A stretch of DNA of 64,000 nucleotides from Nitrospirota bacterium (GTDB taxonomy: Bacteria; JACPQY01), in contig JACPAV010000016.1 in the NCBI GenBank assembly GCA_016180645.1, positions 1 through 64,000 of the forward strand. The letters are read 5' to 3'. Shown in pieces: positions 1 through 9,430 of the stretch. The position numbers were made by a program, and so were the translations under genes. The notes below the pieces were generated by a model. That model saw only the letters and a list, made by a program, of their open reading frames with translations. It searched no databases and was not told where the DNA came from. Positions within the stretch are counted from its first letter, which is position 1. Every line of letters begins with the position of its first letter.

Positions 1-97
1 ACCGGAAAACGGCTCCTGTCTCAAAATTCACGGCGTGGAAATGGCCTTCCCTCGTGAAGTGATGTTCACACAGCATGGAAAAATGGCAAAAGTCGAG

Positions 98-502
98 CTA
101 AGCGTTGACGCTCAATTTGGACAGCACGAGGCGCATGAGGCGGGCGTATTCCCTCACTCGGCTGAAAATCTTCGCGGCCAATTCCTCCTCGTAAGCGTGA
201 GAGGTCAAGTTGCGGTCGTCCGTCATCTCGAGGAGGCAACGAACGTCCGCCTCGTTGAGTAGCCCCGCGCCCAGCAACTCCCGGAAGCAGTCCTTCGGAC
301 CATGGCCGGAGAGACCCTTCGTCTGCCGGAGATACGCCCGCACGAATTTTCACAGGGACTCGAAGGTGTATTCGAATCGTTGAATGGTTGCATCCCTGAC
401 GAGAAGAGAGAAAGGTTCGGTCAAGGCCGCTTCGAGCGTGGCGAGCGCTTTCAGGGCTTTCTCGCGCCGAAGATTCAGATTTTCCACATCAATCCTTGCC
501 AT
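98..502 (-). pseudogene. HEPN-domain toxin / nucleotidyltransferase substrate-binding protein (HI0074 family) interrupted by an in-frame TGA
   Basis: From ATG at 502 the frame reads MARIDVENLNLRREKALKALATLEAALTEPFSLLVRDATIQRFEYTFESL*KFVRAYL...DRNLTSHAYEE. The family motifs RDxxIQRFE(F/Y)TFExxWK and RxxxxH are present; TGA at 352-350 replaces the Trp. Confidence 0.85.
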
Positions 503-511
503 TCTAGCATT

Positions 512-1651
512 CTACCGGAATGATCGGCTACGGCGCGGCGGGCCTGCCATCGGGCCATGACGGGGATCTTCAGACTGCAGGAGCCTCCGGACAATTCCCG
601 TGGAAGCCGTCCCGTTCCCGTAGAGACGAGGTTGACCTTGAGGGGCAGGCATTCGGAGTGTACCAGAGCATATGCGGGTGGGATCGAAGCCGGCGAGGGT
701 GTTCCAGCCGGAGTGCACGGTTTCAGTCCATTCGGTTTCGTCCCGCAGCGTGACGCAGGGCACCGCGAGCCAATAGGCCTCCTTTTGGACGCCGCCCGAG
801 TCGGTCAGGATCACCTTTGCCCGGGATTCCAAGGACAACATCTGAAGGTAGGAGACGGGCGGAATCACATGCAAGTCCGAAAGCGATATCCGGTTCTTTC
901 TGGTGGCTTTCCGGGTCCGTGGATGGAGGGGGAACACGACCGCCAACCCCGACTTGGCAATTCGATGGAGGCCCTCCAAGATGCCACGCAATCGATCCGG
1001 ATTGTCCGTATTCTCGGCGCGATGAATTGTTGCCAGGGCGTAATCGCCGCCGGTGACGCCTATCAAGGCAGGAGTCAGCGAGACGCTTTTCAACCTGGAC
1101 CGACAGGACTCCAGAATGTCATGCATGACATCCCCGACTTCATGGACGCCTTGACTGATCCCCTCTCTCCGCAAATTCCGAACGGCCAGCCGGGAGGGAC
1201 AGAACAGGAATGTGGAGAGGTGATCGGTCAGGACGCGGTTTACCTCCTCGGGCATGGAGCGTTTGAAGGATCTCAGACCGGCTTCGACGTGTGCGATGGG
1301 CACGCCCAGCTTGGCGGCCGCCAGCGCGCCGGCCAATGTACTGTTGGTATCGCCATACACGAGGATGAGGTCGGGTCTTTCCCTCATCAGCACCGGTTCA
1401 ATTTTCAGGAGGATCTTCGCGGTTTGGTGGCCGTGCGATCCCGATCCAACGCCGAGATGATATTTCGGCCTGGGCAACCGGAGTTCCCTGAAAAAGATGG
1501 CGGACATTTCGTAATCGTAGTGTTGGCCGGTATGGATCAGGATTTCTCGGATCTTTCGCCGGCGGCTCTTGTTGTGGGCGGCGATGGCCCGCGATACGGC
1601 TGCCGCCTTGATGAAATTGGGCCGCGCCCCCACGACGGTGGCGATTTTCAA
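512..1651 (-). CDS. wecB: UDP-N-acetylglucosamine 2-epimerase (non-hydrolysing; WecB/WbpI family)
   Basis: Motifs VVGARPNFIK, HTGQHYD, GDTNSTLAGA, HVEAGLRS, TDSGGVQKEAY. Start taken as TTG 1651; the ORF is open to 1681. Confidence 0.92.
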   Translation of the reverse strand: MKIATVVGARPNFIKAAAVSRAIAAHNKSRRRKIREILIHTGQHYDYEMSAIFFRELRLPRPKYHLGVGSGSHGHQTAKILLKIEPVLMRERPDLILVYGDTNSTLAGALAAAKLGVPIAHVEAGLRSFKRSMPEEVNRVLTDHLSTFLFCPSRLAVRNLRREGISQGVHEVGDVMHDILESCRSRLKSVSLTPALIGVTGGDYALATIHRAENTDNPDRLRGILEGLHRIAKSGLAVVFPLHPRTRKATRKNRISLSDLHVIPPVSYLQMLSLESRAKVILTDSGGVQKEAYWLAVPCVTLRDETEWTETVHSGWNTLAGFDPTRICSGTLRMPAPQGQPRLYGNGTASTGIVRRLLQSEDPRHGPMAGPPRRSRSFR

Positions 1652-1671
1652 GGATCTTACTTCGTGTCGGC

Positions 1672-1699
1672 GATCAGCCATCAGCGGTCAGCGATCAGC
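1672..1699. repeat. 4x heptamer tandem repeat NNTCAGC (intergenic)
   Basis: gatcagc-catcagc-ggtcagc-gatcagc; the same unit recurs at 32044-32071 and inverted at 32174-32201. Confidence 0.8.
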
Positions 1700-1726
1700 T
1701 TCCGGACAAGGCAGGAAAGGGAGTTT

Positions 1727-2311
1727 CTACCTGTTGCCCGTGTTCGTAACCTGAAGTCCATGCTTCTTGTACACTTTCCGGCACCTTGAACATCGAGCCC
1801 GATTCCTGGCGAATCGGAGGGACTCTCCGCAGATACAGCGCCAGCCGGAGATCCGGCTTGGTATGCCTGTCATCTGGGCGTAGTCAGGCACCTCCTTCGT
1901 AACCACGGCTCCGGCACCCACGAAAGCGTAGCGGCCGATGGTTACGCCGCATAGGAGCGTCGCGTTCGCCCCGAGCGTCGCTCCCCGCTTCACGCGAGTC
2001 GCGCGGAACTCGCTTTTTCTCTCGATCTCGCTCCGCGGATTGACCACGTTCGTAAAGACCACGGAGGGGCCGCAGAAAACGAAGTCCTCCAATTCGACCC
2101 CCTCATACACGGAAACGTTGTTCTGTATCTTGACCCCGTTCCCGATCCTTACGCCTTTGCCGACGAATACATTCTGTCCGAGGATGCAGTTCTCACCGAT
2201 CCGTGCACCTTGCATCACATGGCTGAAATGCCAGATGCGCGTTCCCTTGTCTATCTCGCAGGACTGATCGATCACAGCCGAGGGATGAGCGTAGAACGCC
2301 GCCCGGCTCAT
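1727..2311 (-). CDS. wbpD: Hexapeptide-repeat N-acetyltransferase, WbpD/WlbB-like
   Basis: AHPSAVID...[10 protein letters not shown]...[12 protein letters not shown]...[17 protein letters not shown]-terminal Cys cluster; ATG 2311 overlaps the upstream stop (ATGA). Confidence 0.85.
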   Translation of the reverse strand: MSRAAFYAHPSAVIDQSCEIDKGTRIWHFSHVMQGARIGENCILGQNVFVGKGVRIGNGVKIQNNVSVYEGVELEDFVFCGPSVVFTNVVNPRSEIERKSEFRATRVKRGATLGANATLLCGVTIGRYAFVGAGAVVTKEVPDYAQMTGIPSRISGWRCICGESLRFARNRARCSRCRKVYKKHGLQVTNTGNR

Positions 2312-3303
2312 GCGGTTGCCTCTATGGGGAGACGGACCGGCTCGCCATGGGTGATGAGGGATCGCTGGGCGGCTTGAAGGACGCGCAGGACGCGAAGTCC
2401 GCTCGCGCCGTCCGTTAGCGGAGGTTTCCCCGACTCCATCGCGGAAAGGAATGCCTTGCACTCGATCCGCAACGGCTCGTCGGCCGCGAAGGGGATCTCC
2501 TCTCCCCGACCGTCCACGGGCATCGGAACGCCATCCTTCACTTCCACCCGTCGATCGTAGAGGAGAAGTTTCTTCGATTGGTCGTCGAAGCTCGCCATTC
2601 TCTGAGTGCCGATCACCACAAGCCGTTGCTCTTTGAAGGGATGAAGCCAGGACACGAAAATGTGCGCCCGGACGCCGTTGTCGAACAGAAGGTTCGTAAT
2701 CGTGACGTCGGCCACGTTGGGCTGAACGTAGTTCCCTCCGCACGCCACGACTTCAAACGGCATGGAATTCGCAATCCGGAGCGTGATCGCTATGTCGTGC
2801 GGCGCAAAACTCCACAGGATGTTCTCTTCGCGGCGAACTTTTCCGAAGCTCAGCCGGTTGGAGTAGATATACTGGATCTTGCCGAGCCGGCCGGACTCGA
2901 CCACGTTCATCAGCTCGGCGACGGCGGGATGGTATTCGAGAACATGACCGACCATGAGAATCAGGCGGCGATCACGCGCCATTTTCACGAGTTCCGCGCC
3001 CTGATCGTAGTCGAGCGCCAGCGGTTTCTCGCAGAACACATGCTTGCCCGCCATCAGCGATTGACGCGCCAATTCGAAATGGGTGGAGGCGGGGGTCGCG
3101 ATCACGATCCCGTCCACCTTTGAGACCCATGCCTGGGCCGGATCGGAGGCCAAGTCGATCCGTGGCGCCATCTTCCCGGCATTTTCGCGGGCCTCCTCTG
3201 AGGGATCGCATACCATCGCCAGCACGCCGAGTTCGGCGAAATTGCGAACGAGATTGCGCCCCCAGTATCCGGAGCCCAAAACCGCAACTTTCATAGGCGA
3301 CAT
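2308..3303 (-). CDS. Gfo/Idh/MocA-family oxidoreductase (probable nucleotide-sugar 3-dehydrogenase)
   Basis: [46 protein letters not shown]; adjacent to wbpD-like and wecB-like genes. Confidence 0.88.
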   Translation of the reverse strand: MSPMKVAVLGSGYWGRNLVRNFAELGVLAMVCDPSEEARENAGKMAPRIDLASDPAQAWVSKVDGIVIATPASTHFELARQSLMAGKHVFCEKPLALDYDQGAELVKMARDRRLILMVGHVLEYHPAVAELMNVVESGRLGKIQYIYSNRLSFGKVRREENILWSFAPHDIAITLRIANSMPFEVVACGGNYVQPNVADVTITNLLFDNGVRAHIFVSWLHPFKEQRLVVIGTQRMASFDDQSKKLLLYDRRVEVKDGVPMPVDGRGEEIPFAADEPLRIECKAFLSAMESGKPPLTDGASGLRVLRVLQAAQRSLITHGEPVRLPIEATA

Positions 3304-3419
3304 GGCGAACGATTGGCCCGGAGGATACCACGGTCGATCCGGGAAGGACAGTCAGCTCCTGGATCGTCCAATAATTGGACTATTTTCGCTCCCCTCGTAG
3401 ATCTCCGAGGGGGATGTTC

Positions 3420-3761
3420 TCAGGCAGGCTTGCGTTCGAGGACTTCGACGCGGCGCTTGAGGTCCTGGAACTCTTGGCCGGCAACGGCGGCGATCCGGCG
3501 AACGGCTTCCTCGATGTGGTCGAGGCGCACGCCGTGCTGCTTGAGTTCCGTGGACATGCCCGCCATTTCAAGTCGCATGGCCTCCTGCTCCCTGCGCATG
3601 GCTATCTGCTCCTGGCGAACGCCATCCAGTCCCTCGCGAACGGTGTCCAATCCCTCCCGTACGGAAGCCAGACCCTTTTCCATGCCGTCCAACTTCCCAA
3701 CGATCTGCCGCAGGTAGTCGTTTGCCAAGTCCATTCCGTTTCCCTTCTTCGCCACGGGCAT
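3420..3761 (-). CDS. Small coiled-coil hypothetical protein with heptad repeats
   Basis: 113-aa ORF with a GAGGAGG SD upstream; repeats VREGLDT-VREGLDG-VRQEQIA-MRREQEA. Confidence 0.7.
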   Translation of the reverse strand: MPVAKKGNGMDLANDYLRQIVGKLDGMEKGLASVREGLDTVREGLDGVRQEQIAMRREQEAMRLEMAGMSTELKQHGVRLDHIEEAVRRIAAVAGQEFQDLKRRVEVLERKPA

Positions 3762-3776
3762 ATTCTACCTCCTCAT

Positions 3777-6700
3777 TCAGGGCAAGTTCAACACGGCAGT
3801 CGGTATTAGCTTGTTCACGGTGGTGGTATCGCCGAGCTGGTAGCTTGCATTCGCGCCCCAGCATTTGACGGCGCCATCCGAGATCAACGCGCAAGTGTGG
3901 CCCCCCCCCGCGCCAACGTCCTCGCCGCCGGCGATGGCAATCACATTCGTGAGGCTGGAGACGGTCACTGGAATTGTGCTGCTGGCGGTCGAGCCATCAC
4001 CAAGCTCGCCTTTCACGTTCTTCCCCCAGCATTTCACCGTGCCGTCATCGATGAGGGTGCAGGTATGAGCGCCGCCCGCGGCAAGGTAGACCGCCCCGCT
4101 GGTCAGCGACGTCACCGCCACCGCGAAGTTCCGGTCGGTCGTCGTCCCGTCGCCCACCTGCCCGCCGTCGTTCTTTCCCCAGCACTTGACCGTGTCGTTG
4201 ATCATCCTCGCGCAAGTGTGGGACCCGCCTGAGGCGATCTGATACACCAGATTCACGGTGAGCGAACTGACGGCTACGGGGACGCTCCGATTGGTGTTCG
4301 TTCCATCGCCGAGTTGGCCGTTGGCGTTGAGTCCCCAACACACCACCGCCTTCCCCGCGCTCGCATTGAAAGCGCAGGCGTGATCGCCCCCCAGACTCAG
4401 GGCCACCACGTTGGTCAACGTAGTGACCGCGACCGGTGCGTACCGATCCACCGTCGATCCATCGCCCACCTGGCCGGCGTCATTCTTCCCCCAGCACTTG
4501 ACGAAGCCATCGACGGTTATGGCGCAGGAGTGGTTGAGGCCCGCCCCGACATTGAGGGCGTTCGAAAGCGACGTTACGGCCGTGGGGAAGGACCGGTTCA
4601 CCACCGTTCCGTCGCCGATCTGGCCGCTCCCATTGAGTCCCCAGCATTTCACATTGCCGCCTGCCACGAGGGCGCAGGCATGCGACCCACCCGCGGCCAA
4701 GGCCATCACGCCCGTCAGCGATGTGACAGGCACGACGGCAGCCCGATTCATTGTGGTCCCATCGCCCAGTTGCCCACTCGCGTTCGCGCCCCAGCACCGG
4801 GCGGTCCTGTCCGACACCAGCCCGCACGTAAAGGCCCCACCAGCGACCAGCCCCTCATGAAACGGGAGGGCCGATGGGCCTGCGCCCCGGTTGCGGTCTA
4901 TCCGAGGCACGATCATCCCCGGCGCCCCGATCGTGAAACTAGTAGTGACCGGCACGTACCGGTCGACCGTCGTTCCGTCTCCGAGCTGGCCGGAGTCGTT
5001 CAGTCCCCAGCACCGGACGGACCCATCGGCCACGATGGCGCAGCCATTGCTGTGGCCTGTCGTGATCTGGAGGGCCCCCGTCAACGACGTCACGACCACG
5101 GGTGTCCACCGGTCCAGCGTCGTCCCATCACCGAGCTTCCCATTCGCATTTTGTCCCCAGCATGCCGCGCGCCCGTCCGCCAAAAGCGCACAGTTCGCCG
5201 ACTGGAGGCCGTCCACGGCGAGCGCCCCCGTAAGGGAGCTCACGACCACAGGCGTATGTTTCTCCACGGTTGTTCCATCCCCGAGGGCCCCCCCCACGTT
5301 GCGGCCCCAGCACTTCACGAGGCCGTCCGGGGTCACCGCACAGGATTCACTTTCCACCCCGATGTCGCGGGCGTAGACCGGGCCGCTCACCACCACCGGC
5401 GCCAGGGCATTGTTCGTCGTTCCGTCCCCGACCGCGCCAAAGGCGTTGTACCCCCAGCACTTCACCTTGTGGTCGCCCCCGTCCATGCCACACATCGGTC
5501 CAGTCGGTCCCGGCCCGCTGCCCGCATCGATCATTCCGGAGGAAAGGCCGCCTATCCCAACCGGGCTCCAGAAGCCTGTGTTGGTATCCCCATGGCCGAC
5601 GTTGCCGTCGACATTGTATCCACCGCAATAGTAGCCGTGGCCTCCCCCGTTGGATTCCTTGCCGACGAAACAGCTTGTGTACCCGGCCGACACCGCCGTC
5701 GCCGCGATGAAGGTGACCGCCGAAGGCGTACTCTTGGTCACCGTCGTTCCGTCTCCGAGCTGGCCGTAGTCGTTGGCCCCCCAACACCTGACGGCACCGC
5801 TCCCCAGCACGGCACAATTCGACCACCGAGCCGAATCCAGCATTCCCACGCTTGTGAGTGTCGATACCTGGACGGGACTCGTCCGACCGGTAGTCGTCCC
5901 GTCCCCGAGCTGGCCTGACGTACCCATTCCCACGCACCGAACCGTCCCATCCGCGAGGAGGAAACAGGTGTGGTGCCAGCCTGTCGCCACCGAGACCACG
6001 TTGTACGTCCACGTGATGGCGCTTTTCTCCACGGTTGCCGTGCTCACGTGGCCGACCTGATCCTTTGCACGGGCGACGAAGTAGTAGCGGGTTCCTTTCG
6101 TGAGACTGCTGACGCTGTAGCTCGTCGCGCCCGCCGTTGACGTGTACGTCGCCGCAAACGATGAAACGCATCCTTGGTACGTCGTGGACTGGCAGATTTC
6201 GTAGACCAAGTCCCCTGCCGCCGTTACGTTGTTCGCGTCGGTCCCGGCCGGCCATGCCAAGTTGATCTGCGTGGTTGAAATAGTCGTGGCAGAGGTGAGA
6301 CCGTCAAACGACGGTGCCGCCGCGTCGCACTTGCGGGAGATTTGCTCACCCGTCCCGACGTTCCCCGCGTTGTCGGTACCCCGCACGTTGACGAGAAGGT
6401 TGCCATTGTCCGTGCAGGCCGCGCTCGTAGTGCTGCAATTCACACCGGTCAATGTGGCATTGGCCCAATTCAGACCGCCGTCCTTGGAGTACTGGCAGGA
6501 GGCGCCCCCGGATCCAGACCCGTCGCTGAGGGTTGCCGTGATGTCGAACGTCTCATCGACGCATGTCGAGGCTCCGCACGTCACGGTCGCGTTCGCCGTG
6601 GCCACCGCCGTCACCGAGGGAACTGCCGTGTCCAGGATGATCGCCGCGCTCACCGGGCCGGCGTTGATGTTGCCGGCGGCGTCCTTGACCCAGGCGTAGA

Positions 6701-8687
6701 GGGTTTTCGTTGCGTCGACGGTGGAGAGTGTCGCCGATACCGGTTCGCTTCCCCACCCGGCGTCGCTTTCGGCAGGCGCGGTGGGCTGGCCTTCCCTCAC
6801 GATCCACTTCGAGGCATCCGCATCGTTCGTAACACTCACATTGATCCCCACGGCGTTGCTTGCCGTGCACGCCGGGCAGTCTGCATCGCTCAGCGTCAGC
6901 GCCGGGTTCGCCGGGGCCACCGTGTCCAGCGTAATCGAGGCGCTCGCGGCCGCGCTCACGTTGTGCGCGGCGTCCTTCAGGTAGAGCTTCACCGTCTTCG
7001 ATCCGTCCGTGGTGGAGAGGGTGAAGCTGGCGGGCTTCGTGGCCGCCCATCCCGATGCCGTCGGCGCCGGCGCCGATCCTTCCGTCAGGAACCAGGCCGC
7101 TGCGCCCGTGTCGTTCCCTGGCGTCACGGAAACGGAGGTCGAATTCGTGTGGGTGGCCGAATCGCTGGTTGAATCCTTCAGGGCCAACGTGGGGGCGGCC
7201 GGAGCCGTCTTGTCATTCGTGAGCGAGAGTACTGTGCTCTGGTTCCCCGCCAGGTCGATTTGGACGACATATATCAGGTCGGACGAGTCGCCCTTGTTGT
7301 CGCCGATCCCGACGGGTCCGAAAGACCCGTCGGCGTTACTCGTGACACGTGACACGTTGCTCGTAAGAAGACCGTCCACATAGACTTCAACGGTTGCCTT
7401 GCCTTCAACGGCGCCGGCCGATCCCGAAATCTGGTCTTCCGTACCCGGGGCGTTCTGCGCCACGGCCACCTTCGCGGCATCCGGTTTCGCGGGCAGGGTC
7501 GTGTCGGTCTTGAACACGCCCACAGCAGGATCAGACTGCTCGTTCCCCGCCTCGTCCACGGCGCTCACCTTGAGCGTGTGGTCACCGTCGCCGAGTCCGC
7601 TCATCTCGTGCGAGGCGCTGCAACCCGCGAGAACGGATCCATCCAGAGAGCAGAGAAACGCGCAATTCGCCTCCGAGCAAGAGAGTGTAGCGGTCACGCT
7701 CGTGGCGCCGGCGGGAGTGACCGGTAGTCCCGAAATGGAGGCCGCCGGTGAGATGGTGTCTACGGTCCACGTGTGGCCGGCCGGCGTCGCGTCGGGCGTG
7801 CCTGTAGCCGACACGGCGCGCACTTTGAACGTGTGGCGGCCTTCGCTCAGGGCCGAGTAGGACTGCGGAGACGCGCACGGGGCAAACTCCGTCCCATCCA
7901 ACGAGCACTCGAACTTGATCCCGGAGTCCGTTGCAAACTTGAAGGAGACGGAATTCACCTTCGAAAACGCCCCCGGCTTGGCGGTGAGCGTGGTGCTCGG
8001 CTCGCCCGTTGCCGTGGCGGCCGGTGTGGTCGATCCGGGCTGAACCGTCGTCGTCGCACTCTGCGGGTCCGCGCCCGCCGTGGTCGTCTTGCCCGACTCA
8101 ATCGCCTGCGTGAAACTCTGCGTGAGTGAATCGGTCGCCTCCTGCACTGCCGCAGCCGTCGGCGCGTCGGAAGCGTTGTTGGGATTCGTCTGTAGCTGGA
8201 CCTCCAACCAGTTCGGCACACCATCCGAATCGGAATCCGGGGTGACGACACCCCCCTCCGCAATGGCAACCGTGGGCTTTTGGCCGGAGAAGTCGACCGA
8301 GGCCTGTACCGATACGTAAATGACGCTGCCGGACGCATCGGTGATCACGATCGCGAGGATACCCGTCAAGGCGGCGTCCTGCCTTCTGGCCGGCGCTCCT
8401 CGAACCCCCGCCAACGCTTGGGTTGGGACCTCCACGATCAATCTTGCCGCGTCAGCGTCTCGGTCTTCCTCGATCCTCAGCCGGAGTTTCTCAGCCACCA
8501 CGGCATTGTTGTAGACCACCGTGGCGACGCCGTCGGTCGATTGAACCAGTCCGGCTACAGCCTTGCTGGTCGGGATTTCGACCCTGACGGTGTCGGCCTC
8601 ACCGCCTCCACCGGAACAGCCTACCAATAGGAATGTCGCGGCCACTGCGGCCACCAGAACCCACATAATCATGTCAGATGTTTTCAT
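3777..8687 (-). CDS. Large surface lipoprotein with Ig-like/FN3 domains and C-terminal RCC1/BLIP-II-type repeats
   Basis: SD AAGGAGG; lipobox LVGC; DSDGVPNWLE Ca-binding-like repeat; FECSLDG...DT and DxAGN Ig-like modules; FN3-like (TRYYFVARAKD); about 14 repeats of G(x)V(K/R)CWGxNxxGQLGDGT. Confidence 0.88.
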   Translation of the reverse strand: MKTSDMIMWVLVAAVAATFLLVGCSGGGGEADTVRVEIPTSKAVAGLVQSTDGVATVVYNNAVVAEKLRLRIEEDRDADAARLIVEVPTQALAGVRGAPARRQDAALTGILAIVITDASGSVIYVSVQASVDFSGQKPTVAIAEGGVVTPDSDSDGVPNWLEVQLQTNPNNASDAPTAAAVQEATDSLTQSFTQAIESGKTTTAGADPQSATTTVQPGSTTPAATATGEPSTTLTAKPGAFSKVNSVSFKFATDSGIKFECSLDGTEFAPCASPQSYSALSEGRHTFKVRAVSATGTPDATPAGHTWTVDTISPAASISGLPVTPAGATSVTATLSCSEANCAFLCSLDGSVLAGCSASHEMSGLGDGDHTLKVSAVDEAGNEQSDPAVGVFKTDTTLPAKPDAAKVAVAQNAPGTEDQISGSAGAVEGKATVEVYVDGLLTSNVSRVTSNADGSFGPVGIGDNKGDSSDLIYVVQIDLAGNQSTVLSLTNDKTAPAAPTLALKDSTSDSATHTNSTSVSVTPGNDTGAAAWFLTEGSAPAPTASGWAATKPASFTLSTTDGSKTVKLYLKDAAHNVSAAASASITLDTVAPANPALTLSDADCPACTASNAVGINVSVTNDADASKWIVREGQPTAPAESDAGWGSEPVSATLSTVDATKTLYAWVKDAAGNINAGPVSAAIILDTAVPSVTAVATANATVTCGASTCVDETFDITATLSDGSGSGGASCQYSKDGGLNWANATLTGVNCSTTSAACTDNGNLLVNVRGTDNAGNVGTGEQISRKCDAAAPSFDGLTSATTISTTQINLAWPAGTDANNVTAAGDLVYEICQSTTYQGCVSSFAATYTSTAGATSYSVSSLTKGTRYYFVARAKDQVGHVSTATVEKSAITWTYNVVSVATGWHHTCFLLADGTVRCVGMGTSGQLGDGTTTGRTSPVQVSTLTSVGMLDSARWSNCAVLGSGAVRCWGANDYGQLGDGTTVTKSTPSAVTFIAATAVSAGYTSCFVGKESNGGGHGYYCGGYNVDGNVGHGDTNTGFWSPVGIGGLSSGMIDAGSGPGPTGPMCGMDGGDHKVKCWGYNAFGAVGDGTTNNALAPVVVSGPVYARDIGVESESCAVTPDGLVKCWGRNVGGALGDGTTVEKHTPVVVSSLTGALAVDGLQSANCALLADGRAACWGQNANGKLGDGTTLDRWTPVVVTSLTGALQITTGHSNGCAIVADGSVRCWGLNDSGQLGDGTTVDRYVPVTTSFTIGAPGMIVPRIDRNRGAGPSALPFHEGLVAGGAFTCGLVSDRTARCWGANASGQLGDGTTMNRAAVVPVTSLTGVMALAAGGSHACALVAGGNVKCWGLNGSGQIGDGTVVNRSFPTAVTSLSNALNVGAGLNHSCAITVDGFVKCWGKNDAGQVGDGSTVDRYAPVAVTTLTNVVALSLGGDHACAFNASAGKAVVCWGLNANGQLGDGTNTNRSVPVAVSSLTVNLVYQIASGGSHTCARMINDTVKCWGKNDGGQVGDGTTTDRNFAVAVTSLTSGAVYLAAGGAHTCTLIDDGTVKCWGKNVKGELGDGSTASSTIPVTVSSLTNVIAIAGGEDVGAGGGHTCALISDGAVKCWGANASYQLGDTTTVNKLIPTAVLNLP

Positions 8688-8741
8688 TGCTCCCTCCTTC
8701 TCAATTTTCCCGAATGGAGAAAAAGAATGATCGTGATTGTT

Positions 8742-8884
8742 CCCCCCATCCTCACCTTCCCCCTCAGCCTACTCCGCCGTAGCAGCTCCGGCTGCGAAGG
8801 CCGGAAGGGGGGGAGGGACAGCAAAGAGCGCGCCTCGCCCTTTTCCCCCTCCCCCTTGACGGGGGAGGGTCAGGGTGGGGGTGA
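8742..8884. repeat. REP-like inverted doublet with a nested second palindrome
   Basis: ccccccatcctcaccttccccct...agggggggaggg and ccctcccccttgacgggggagggtcagggtggggg in inverted arrangement; the first unit is interrupted by gcctactccgccgtagcagctccggctgcgaaggc. Confidence 0.65.
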
Positions 8885-9259
8885 AGGCCTACGAATGATT
8901 CCTCGCCTTCGTCGATTCTCGCGGGAAGCCCGTGTGAGGACTCGCAACGTCGGTCGTTTGAAAAACAGGCACGATGAGATGTACAACCCGACTGGGGTGC
9001 GCTTTTCAGGGTTCCCACCATCGATGAGCTGCGAGCTCCCCTTCCCGCTTTCCCGTCTCCCTACCCCGCCGCGCCGCATCCTCCTGCGCCTCTCGGCGGT
9101 TCCTCGCTCTCGTCCTTCCTGGTCAAGTCATGTTACGGAAGCACGACCGTTGGTGTCAAGCCTCGGGATTTCGGAATTCCGCCCACTAGGACATGGCGTG
9201 TCGCTTGCAGTTGGACACGGTTGGTGTACCTTTCCGATGTTCCACGTCGAAGAAATCAC

Positions 9260-9331
9260 GCCGGGGTAGCTCAACGGCAGAGCGGCGCATTCGTAATGCG
9301 TAGGTTGGGGGTTCAAGTCCCTTCCCCGGCT
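9260..9331 (+). tRNA. tRNA-Thr (anticodon CGU); integration site; CCA not encoded
   Basis: Acceptor GCCGGGG/CCCCGGC, anticodon arm gcgca-TTCGTAA-tgcgt, T loop GTTCAAGTC. Confidence 0.95.
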
Positions 9332-9332
9332 C
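9286..9332 (+). repeat. att core, left copy (47 bp, 3' half of tRNA-Thr)
   Basis: Identical to 15143-15189. Confidence 0.95.
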
Positions 9333-9381
9333 AATGATTTCGGTGAGTTAGGCCGGGATCGTGAAAAGGCCGGTAGCCCGA

Positions 9382-9430
9382 TGTGGCTACAGTGTGGCTA
9401 CGACCGGCGAAATTGGGGGCTTGTGGCTAC
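9382..9430 (+). repeat. Putative integrase arm-type sites, 3x TGTGGCTAC
   Basis: Copies at 9382-9390, 9393-9401 and 9422-9430; the 22-mer tgtggctacagtgtggctacga recurs at 14998-15019. Confidence 0.75.

Noticed and set aside
350-352. TGA recoded as Trp or selenocysteine
   Set aside because: Conserved genes (dnaG, rpoD, accB, accC, gyrA, rpsU) end at TGA at their expected lengths, and the aligned residue is Trp rather than Cys.
3777-6010. CRISPR array or DGR repeats in the periodic ccccagca... region
   Set aside because: The repeats are degenerate at codon third positions and encode RCC1-like protein repeats; no cas or reverse transcriptase gene is in the window.
8727-9269. 180-aa ORF upstream of tRNA-Thr
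   Set aside because: It runs through REP-like palindromes and low-complexity DNA into the tRNA; not protein-like.
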